IMG/VR virus record: IMGVR_UViG_3300045988_000158
Span: 1 to 5,032 of that record
From: a virus
Direction: 5' to 3' (one strand)
Length of the DNA stretch: 5,032 nt
Of the stretch, positions 1 through 4,292 are shown in pieces. Each line of letters opens with the position of its first letter. Positions within the stretch are counted from its first letter, which is position 1. A program made the translations under genes and the position numbers. Below the pieces are notes generated by a model. That model did no database searches, was not told where the DNA came from, and saw only the letters and a list, made by a program, of their open reading frames with translations.

Positions 1-55
1 AGGAGTGGTACGTATGTCTAATAAAACTACTATGATTCTCACTTTCATTGTCACC
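1..55. repeat. Terminal direct repeat, copy 1 (circular-genome closure overlap)
   Basis: Bases 1-55 (aggagtggtacgtatgtctaataaaactactatgattctcactttcattgtcacc) are identical to 4978-5032. This implies a 4977-nt circular unit. Confidence 0.95.
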
Positions 56-253
56 GTTGTTGTCCCGTTCATTCAGGAAGTTGTAGATTTAATTGAAGCT
101 CTGAAAGGTCGTTCTACTCCATCTACCCAGCTTGTCAGTAAAGTTGCGTCCGACTTTTCGCATGATGTTGACAAGCTTGTTGAGCCAGTTGGTAATAAGA
201 ACGATTCTAAAAAAACTAGCCGTTTTTTCGGTTCTTGGAGGGATGCTAAGTGA
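14..253 (+). CDS. Small protein (79 aa) with an N-terminal hydrophobic/TM segment; function unknown; candidate membrane or lysis protein
   Basis: AGGAG at 1-5 lies 8 nt before ATG 14, so the track start GTG 5 is less likely. The N-terminus MSNKTTMILTFIVTVVVPFI is hydrophobic and contains a Pro; the rest is hydrophilic. By hand count about half of third codon positions are T, as in the recognisable genes. The stop TGA 251-253 overlaps the next start (GTGA). Confidence 0.7.
   Translation: MSNKTTMILTFIVTVVVPFIQEVVDLIEALKGRSTPSTQLVSKVASDFSHDVDKLVEPVGNKNDSKKTSRFFGSWRDAK
168..198 (+). promoter_or_regulatory. Weak promoter-like site (TTGACA, 19-nt spacer, TGgTAATAA)
   Basis: TTGACA at 168-173. TG at 190-191 precedes TAATAA at 193-198. 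The 19-nt spacer is longer than optimal, and the site lies inside the small-ORF coding sequence, upstream of the J-like gene. Confidence 0.25.
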
Positions 254-360
254 AACGTCGAAAATTATCTAAGCGTGGTTCTCGCCGTCTCTTTCGGCGC
301 ACCTCCAAATCTCGCCGTAGAAATTTCAAGAGAGTAGGACGAGGTGGATTTAGGATTTGA
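250..360 (+). CDS. Arginine-rich small DNA-binding/packaging protein (phiX174 J-like; gokushovirus ORF8/VP8-like), 36 aa
   Basis: Not in the ORF track. GTG 250 is preceded by GGAGG (237-241) with an 8-nt spacer. Translation: (M)KRRKLSKRGSRRLFRRTSKSRRRNFKRVGRGGFRI. It has 13 R and 5 K in 36 residues and no acidic residues. The position between VP2 and VP4 fits gokushovirus order. The start overlaps the upstream stop (GTGA). Confidence 0.8.
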   Translation: MKRRKLSKRGSRRLFRRTSKSRRRNFKRVGRGGFRI

Positions 361-385
361 CATTCTGACTTAATCCTGATACAAT
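357..385 (+). promoter_or_regulatory. Near-consensus sigma70-type promoter with extended -10, upstream of VP4
   Basis: -35 TTGACA at 357-362, 17-nt spacer, TG at 377-378, -10 TACAAT at 380-385. The predicted transcript start is near 390-392, just before the VP4 SD. The -35 overlaps the J-like stop codon. Confidence 0.65.
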
Positions 386-402
386 CGGTACAGGTGATTA
401 AT

Positions 403-1314
403 ATGGTATGTTATAATCCTATTCTTATGCTCCCAGTCGAGGGAGCAATCACAAAAAACGGAAAACAACATTATAGTTTCTACGGCAGCCTTAGTTCTCA
501 CCCTGAACTTGCTAATGATAGCCGTTTCATTCGCTGTTCTTGCAAGCAGTGCATCGGTTGTCGGCTTGAAAACTCTCGTCAATGGGCTGTCAGAGCTGTT
601 CACGAAGCCCGTACTTCGTCTTCAGCTTATTTTGTTACCTGTACGTTCGACGATTATCATTTGCCATCCGATAGAAGTTTGAGCAAAAAATTTCATCAGA
701 CTTTCATGAAAAATCTTCGCCGTGAGTATGGCAGTGGTATTCGCTTTCTCGGCTGCGGTGAATATGGTGAACTTCATGCTCGTCCCCATTATCATTATAT
801 ATTGTTTAATATTGATTTCAGCGACAAAGTTTTTCGGTTCAGAACAGACGGTTATAACACTTATACTTCTGCTCGGTTTTCTAAGATCTGGAAATACGGT
901 ATGCACCTTATTGGGGAGTTTAGCTTTGACGCTGCTGCCTATGTCGCGCGCTACATAGTGAAGAAGCAGACTGGTAGTAATGCTGCTGCTCACTATAATG
1001 GCCGTACGCCTGAGTTTATGCTAGCTTCTAATCGTCCCGGTATAGGCGGAAAATGGCTCGAAGAGCATGGTGAAGAGTGTTATGCTAATGATTTCGTTGT
1101 CGTCAATGGTAAGAAGATGCGTCCTCCTCGTTATTACGATAAGAAGTTCGATGAAACGCATCCTCACTGGATGGAATACATTCGCAATAACCGCATTGAG
1201 AAGATGCTTCATAATTTGGAAAACAATACTTATGAGCGTCTTATTGACCGCTGCCGTGCTCAGGAGGGCAAATATAAACATTTTCTTGGCAGAAGGCTTG
1301 ACAAAGTATTGTGA
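403..1314 (+). CDS. VP4: Replication initiator protein VP4 (HUH rolling-circle endonuclease), 303 aa
   Basis: AGGTGA at 392-397 lies 5 nt before ATG 403; an in-frame GTG at 394 sits inside the SD. RCR motif 1 YFVTCTF is at 628-648. The HUH motif HYHYILF is at 787-807. The double-tyrosine motif YVARYIVKK is at 940-966 (compare phiX174 gpA YVAKY). A Cys cluster CSCKQCIGC lies near the N-terminus. The N-terminus MVCYNP is typical of VP4. Confidence 0.95.
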   Translation: MVCYNPILMLPVEGAITKNGKQHYSFYGSLSSHPELANDSRFIRCSCKQCIGCRLENSRQWAVRAVHEARTSSSAYFVTCTFDDYHLPSDRSLSKKFHQTFMKNLRREYGSGIRFLGCGEYGELHARPHYHYILFNIDFSDKVFRFRTDGYNTYTSARFSKIWKYGMHLIGEFSFDAAAYVARYIVKKQTGSNAAAHYNGRTPEFMLASNRPGIGGKWLEEHGEECYANDFVVVNGKKMRPPRYYDKKFDETHPHWMEYIRNNRIEKMLHNLENNTYERLIDRCRAQEGKYKHFLGRRLDKVL

Positions 1315-1326
1315 CTGTGTTATCAT
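1298..1326 (+). promoter_or_regulatory. Near-consensus sigma70-type promoter with extended -10, upstream of the 79-aa ORF and VP5
   Basis: -35 TTGACA at 1298-1303 (inside the VP4 3' end), 17-nt spacer, TG at 1318-1319, -10 TATCAT at 1321-1326. The predicted transcript start is near 1333. Confidence 0.6.
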
Positions 1327-1344
1327 TAAGTCAGAAACGAGGTG

Positions 1345-1584
1345 ATGCTTATCAGCGAATTCGAAGCTGTTAATAATTTCTGTACGAAGCGTAATATTTC
1401 TTTCAGTTACTCTTTTCGTGGTAGTAAATATGCCGCTTACCGGCTGAAACCTGATGATTCCAGAGTTATTCGCCTTGATAATGACTATTATGTCATATCA
1501 GCTACGTTATATCTCATGATTCGTAGGTATCTAGTTGCATTTAGAAAAGGAGATGGTTCTGCTGAGACTCTATTCCATTTATGA
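1345..1584 (+). CDS. Hypothetical basic protein, 79 aa, no recognisable family
   Basis: Open frame between VP4 and VP5. By hand count about half of third positions are T, like the bona fide genes. It lies downstream of the 1298-1326 promoter. The start is uncertain because GAGGTGA (1339-1345) overlaps ATG 1345. It overlaps the VP5-like gene by 32 nt. Confidence 0.55.
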   Translation: MLISEFEAVNNFCTKRNISFSYSFRGSKYAAYRLKPDDSRVIRLDNDYYVISATLYLMIRRYLVAFRKGDGSAETLFHL

Positions 1585-1840
1585 CTCGAAGGCTGAACAA
1601 TTCAGCCCTCCACAGGTTTATCACAATGACATGCTTGCGCTGCGAGCTTTCGAAGGTTTAGTTAACGATGATAAGACGCTTATTAATAGCTATCCTGAAG
1701 ATTTCAGTCTTCATTATGTCGGTAACCTTGGCGATTCTGATGGCCGTTATTGTATTGAAAGTTCTGACGAATCCCGCGTTCCTATACTTATTGGTCGCGC
1801 CATAGATTACGTGAAGGATATTGACAACGATCCTACTTAA
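1553..1840 (+). CDS. VP5: Gokushovirus VP5-like non-structural protein (about 92-95 aa)
   Basis: The N-terminal LYSIYDSKAEQFSPPQ...NDMLALRAF and later PEDFSLHYVGNLGDSDGRY resemble the conserved small VP5/ORF5 family found next to VP4 in gokushoviruses (recognised from memory). The start is ambiguous: ATG 1553 abuts AAGGAG (1547-1552), while in-frame CTG 1562 lies 9 nt after it. Confidence 0.75.
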   Translation: MVLLRLYSIYDSKAEQFSPPQVYHNDMLALRAFEGLVNDDKTLINSYPEDFSLHYVGNLGDSDGRYCIESSDESRVPILIGRAIDYVKDIDNDPT

Positions 1841-1849
1841 TGATAATCT
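1821..1849 (+). promoter_or_regulatory. Promoter-like site with the same layout as the other two (weaker -10)
   Basis: -35 TTGACA at 1821-1826, 17-nt spacer, TG at 1841-1842, -10 TAATCT at 1844-1849. It overlaps the VP5 3' end and stop (TAA 1838-1840). Confidence 0.4.
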
Positions 1850-1870
1850 AATATAGAGCGTATCAGAATA

Positions 1871-1901
1871 AGGACGGTCTCGTGAGAGATCGTCCTTTTT
1901 C
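1871..1901 (+). terminator. Rho-independent terminator
   Basis: Stem AGGACGGTCTC (1871-1881) pairs with GAGATCGTCCT (1886-1896), giving 11 bp including one G:T. The loop is GTGA (GNRA type) and is followed by TTTTTCT. Confidence 0.8.
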
Positions 1902-1933
1902 TGTGCGCCACGCCCGCCGCGTCTAGGCGCGTA
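1902..1933 (+). other. GC-rich hairpin element directly after the terminator
   Basis: The tract tgtgcgccacgcccgccgcgtctaggcgcgta is far more GC-rich than its surroundings. GCGCC (1905-1909) pairs with GGCGC (1926-1930). An inner stem ACGC (1910-1913) pairs with GCGT (1919-1922), with a 3-nt bulge. The element ends 3 nt before the VP3 SD. Confidence 0.5.
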
Positions 1934-1950
1934 TGAAAGGAGGTGAAACT

Positions 1951-2433
1951 ATGAAGTTTAGAACAGCTTACGACCCCGTAGAAGAGCATGACCACTGCGG
2001 CATTGAGTTCACTATGCCCTCCCTCGCCGTCCAGGACGAAAAAGATGAAACTGATATCAATTATATCGTCAATAAGTACGCTGACGGTCAGAAAGGCATA
2101 GCCACTCTGGATCTCGGCGATAGTTCGCAGTATGCTTATCTCCAGTTTGGAGATGCAACACTTCCCGGTGACTACAGCACTGCGCTAGAGCTTGTGTCCG
2201 GAGTTCGTGAAGAATTCTACAGTCTGCCCGCTTATGTTCGAGCGAAATTCGGTCATGATCCCATGAATTTAATCAGCCAATTAAACAACCCTGAAACGCT
2301 CGAATATCTCCAACGAGAAGGTCTGTATGGTAGCAATTATACCTCTGATAAACCACAACAGTCCATGAGCAATGAACAAATACAAGAAAAAAGTAACACT
2401 TTAGAACATAATAATGAAAAAATACAAAAATAG
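1951..2433 (+). CDS. VP3: Internal scaffolding protein VP3, 160 aa
   Basis: The full SD AAGGAGGTGA (1937-1946) lies 4 nt before ATG 1951; the track start ATG 1933 lacks an SD. The N-terminus MKFRTAYD, the motif PSLAVQDEKDETDINYIVNKY and the stretch FYSLPAYVRAKFGHDP...PE...GL match the gokushovirus/chlamydiaphage scaffold pattern. Confidence 0.85.
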   Translation: MKFRTAYDPVEEHDHCGIEFTMPSLAVQDEKDETDINYIVNKYADGQKGIATLDLGDSSQYAYLQFGDATLPGDYSTALELVSGVREEFYSLPAYVRAKFGHDPMNLISQLNNPETLEYLQREGLYGSNYTSDKPQQSMSNEQIQEKSNTLEHNNEKIQK

Positions 2434-2482
2434 GCGTCACCGAAGCCAGTTACTTACTTGATGCAACTGGCGTAGGTGACGC
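2434..2482 (+). other. Bipartite stem-loop in the VP3-VP1 intergenic region (function unknown)
   Basis: GCGTCACC (2434-2441) pairs with GGTGACGC (2475-2482). GCCAGTT (2445-2451) pairs with AACTGGC (2465-2471). There is a 3x3 internal loop and a 13-nt loop, acttacttgatgc. No T-tract follows on the + strand; a T-rich run follows on the - strand. Confidence 0.6.
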
Positions 2483-2494
2483 ATAAATAAACTA

Positions 2495-2544
2495 AAACCT
2501 AAGAATGATTTTCTTTAGGATAATTCTTAGGTTTACACTAAGAA
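2495..2544 (+). repeat. Cluster of four alternating CTAAGAA / TTCTT(T)AG segments, including a perfect 12-bp inverted repeat
   Basis: aaacctaagaat (2495-2506) is the exact reverse complement of attcttaggttt (2523-2534). ttctttagg (2511-2519) is a near copy of the right arm. ctaagaa recurs at 2538-2544 and overlaps the 5' edge of the VP1 SD. Confidence 0.7.
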
Positions 2545-2553
2545 GGTGATTAA

Positions 2554-4278
2554 TTGGCTCGTAATATTAGAGTTAGAGGTCATCGCTTCAGCGATGCTCC
2601 TGCAATGTATATGCGGCGGACGAAGTTCGACCGCTCGCATGTTTATAAGACGACTTTCAACTCAGGCAAGCTCATACCTGTGTTCGTCGACGAAGTACTG
2701 CCTGGCGATACTACTCGTGTGTCCGTCAATTACTTCGCTCGCCTGGCCACCCCGATTAAGCCTATCATGGATAATATCTATCTTGATTGGTTCTTCTTCT
2801 TCGTTCCGAATCGCCTCGTATGGGATCACTGGCAGAATTTCTGCTTCGAACAGGAAGATCCTGATGATAATACTGATTATGTCATCCCTACTGTGACTGC
2901 TGCCGCTAACACTAATAATAATTATGTAGGCTCTCTCTGGGATTATTTCGGCTTACCCGTGAACACGGCTAATAATATAACTGGTGTTAGCGCTCTTCCA
3001 TTCCGCGCTGTCTATCTAATCTGGAATGAATGGTTTAGGGACGAAAATCTCCAGAAATCGGTCAAGATCCAGAAAGGCGACGCGAACGAAATATTGGATT
3101 CTTCTCGCGCTTCCGATCAACCTTCTTGGTTGTTCAGTTCAGGTACTACTATAGTATCTGGTCATGCTTGTCCGCCTCGCGGCAAGCGTCATGATTACTT
3201 CACTTCGGCACTTCCTTGGACACAGAAAGGACCCGGTGTATCTATAGGCCTTGCCGGTACTGCTACCTTAGTCGACCCTTCGCCTGTTCCAGGCTACTTC
3301 GTCCAGCAGTCTAATAATAGCCTAGGCGCTGCCCAGCTTCAGAAAGATGGTGGTGTGCACGAGGTCTTCACTGGTAATGGTTCGTTGAGTTACCAGAATG
3401 GTGGTTATTCCACTTCCATAGTTGGCCATTCCATCAACGGATCAGGAGTAATCACCGCTACGGCTCAACCTGGTTCTTCATGGCTTTCTAAGTCTGCTTA
3501 CGCCGACCTGGATTCCTCTAGCATCTTCACCATCAACAGTCTTCGTACGGCCTTCCAGATGCAGAAGTTCTACGAGCGCCTTGCTCGCGGTGGTAGTCGG
3601 TATACTGAAGTGCTTCGCTCTTTCTTCGGCGTTGTCTCTCCGGATGCTCGTCTTCAGCGTCCTGAGTTCCTCGGCTCATTCACGAAGATGGTTAATGTCA
3701 ATCCAATAGCTCAGACTTCCGCAACCGACAATACCTCGCCTCAAGGCAATCTCTCTGCTTATGGCGTTACTGCGTCTAGATTCCATGGATTCACGAAATC
3801 TTTCGTCGAACATGGTTATATCATAGGCTTCGTCTGTGCTCGTGCCGATCTAACCTATCAGCAGGGCGTCAATAAGATGTGGCTTCGCTCTACGGTCTAT
3901 GACTTCTATTGGCCGACATTCGCCCATCTCGGTGAGCAGGCCATTGAGCTTCGCGAGATCTATGCCCAAGGTACTGCAGCTGATACTACTGTTTTCGGAT
4001 ACCAGGAACGTTATGCCGAATATCGCTATAAGCCTTCTCAGATTACAGGTAAGTTCCGTAGCTCTGTAACTGGTGGCAATCTCGACGTCTGGCATCTTTC
4101 TCAGTTTTTCAGCAATGCTCCTACTCTGAATGAGGAATTCATTACGGAAAATCCGCCAATTAAGCGCATTGTCGCGGTTCAGGACGAACCTGAGTTCTTA
4201 CTCGATATCGGCTTCCGTTACACTACAGTTCGTCCTATGCCTATGTTCGGCACCCCTGGTCTCGTAGATCACTTCTAG
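2554..4278 (+). CDS. VP1: Major capsid protein VP1 (F-like jelly-roll), 574 aa, TTG start
   Basis: HRFSDAP...KFDRSHVYKTTFNSGKLIPVFVDEVLPGDT is the hallmark gokushovirus VP1 N-terminus. Later conserved blocks are RHDYFTSALPW, INSLRTAFQMQKFYERLARGGSRYTEVLRSFFGV and RLQRPEFLG. AAGGTGAT (2543-2550) precedes TTG 2554, and an in-frame TAA lies at 2551-2553. Confidence 0.97.
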   Translation: MARNIRVRGHRFSDAPAMYMRRTKFDRSHVYKTTFNSGKLIPVFVDEVLPGDTTRVSVNYFARLATPIKPIMDNIYLDWFFFFVPNRLVWDHWQNFCFEQEDPDDNTDYVIPTVTAAANTNNNYVGSLWDYFGLPVNTANNITGVSALPFRAVYLIWNEWFRDENLQKSVKIQKGDANEILDSSRASDQPSWLFSSGTTIVSGHACPPRGKRHDYFTSALPWTQKGPGVSIGLAGTATLVDPSPVPGYFVQQSNNSLGAAQLQKDGGVHEVFTGNGSLSYQNGGYSTSIVGHSINGSGVITATAQPGSSWLSKSAYADLDSSSIFTINSLRTAFQMQKFYERLARGGSRYTEVLRSFFGVVSPDARLQRPEFLGSFTKMVNVNPIAQTSATDNTSPQGNLSAYGVTASRFHGFTKSFVEHGYIIGFVCARADLTYQQGVNKMWLRSTVYDFYWPTFAHLGEQAIELREIYAQGTAADTTVFGYQERYAEYRYKPSQITGKFRSSVTGGNLDVWHLSQFFSNAPTLNEEFITENPPIKRIVAVQDEPEFLLDIGFRYTTVRPMPMFGTPGLVDHF

Positions 4279-4292
4279 AAGGAGTTGGTATC

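Noticed and set aside
129-177. 9-bp inverted repeat AGCTTGTCA / TGACAAGCT inside the small TM ORF
   Set aside because: About one such repeat within 50 nt is expected by chance in 5 kb. It lies in coding sequence and has no associated signal other than the weak 168 promoter-like site.
353-377. AGGATT / AATCCT inverted repeat spanning the -35 and spacer of the VP4 promoter (possible operator)
   Set aside because: Only 6 bp are perfect. That is too short to distinguish from chance without comparative data.
1553-1584. Programmed +1 frameshift fusing the 79-aa ORF to VP5 at TTA-TGA
   Set aside because: The frames are compatible (frame 1 to frame 2). However, tRNA-Leu on UUA cannot re-pair on UAU, there is no slippery motif, and the SD-like AAGGAG is too far upstream (about 27 nt) for a prfB-like mechanism. 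VP5 homologues normally start here on their own.
5-1950. Longer track starts (GTG 5, GTG 394, GTG 1342, TTG 1535, ATG 1933)
   Set aside because: Each lies inside or upstream of the SD that serves a downstream start at the genome-wide spacing (AGGAG+8 or GGTGA+4-5). The downstream starts also give family-typical N-termini (MVCYNP for VP4, MKFRTAYD for VP3).
2458-2489. Possible VP1 promoter TTGATG ... ATAAAT/TAAATA
   Set aside because: The spacer is 19-20 nt, there is no TG extension, and the -35 lies inside the hairpin loop. It is not comparable to the three template-like promoters.
2398-2503. Isolated dif half-site-like strings (TTAGAACATAA at 2398-2408; GTGACGCATAA at 2476-2486, followed by a poor XerD arm)
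   Set aside because: The halves are not adjacent. The site at 2476-2503 matches the XerD arm at only 4 of 11. The CGCATAA match is simply the 3' arm of the hairpin plus AT-rich flank.
2546-2896. 116-aa hydrophobic +1-frame ORF overlapping the VP1 5' end
   Set aside because: Its GTG start lies inside the VP1 SD. The hydrophobicity is explained by T-rich third positions of VP1 becoming second positions in the +1 frame. The length is within chance expectation for this genome, and there is no independent signal.
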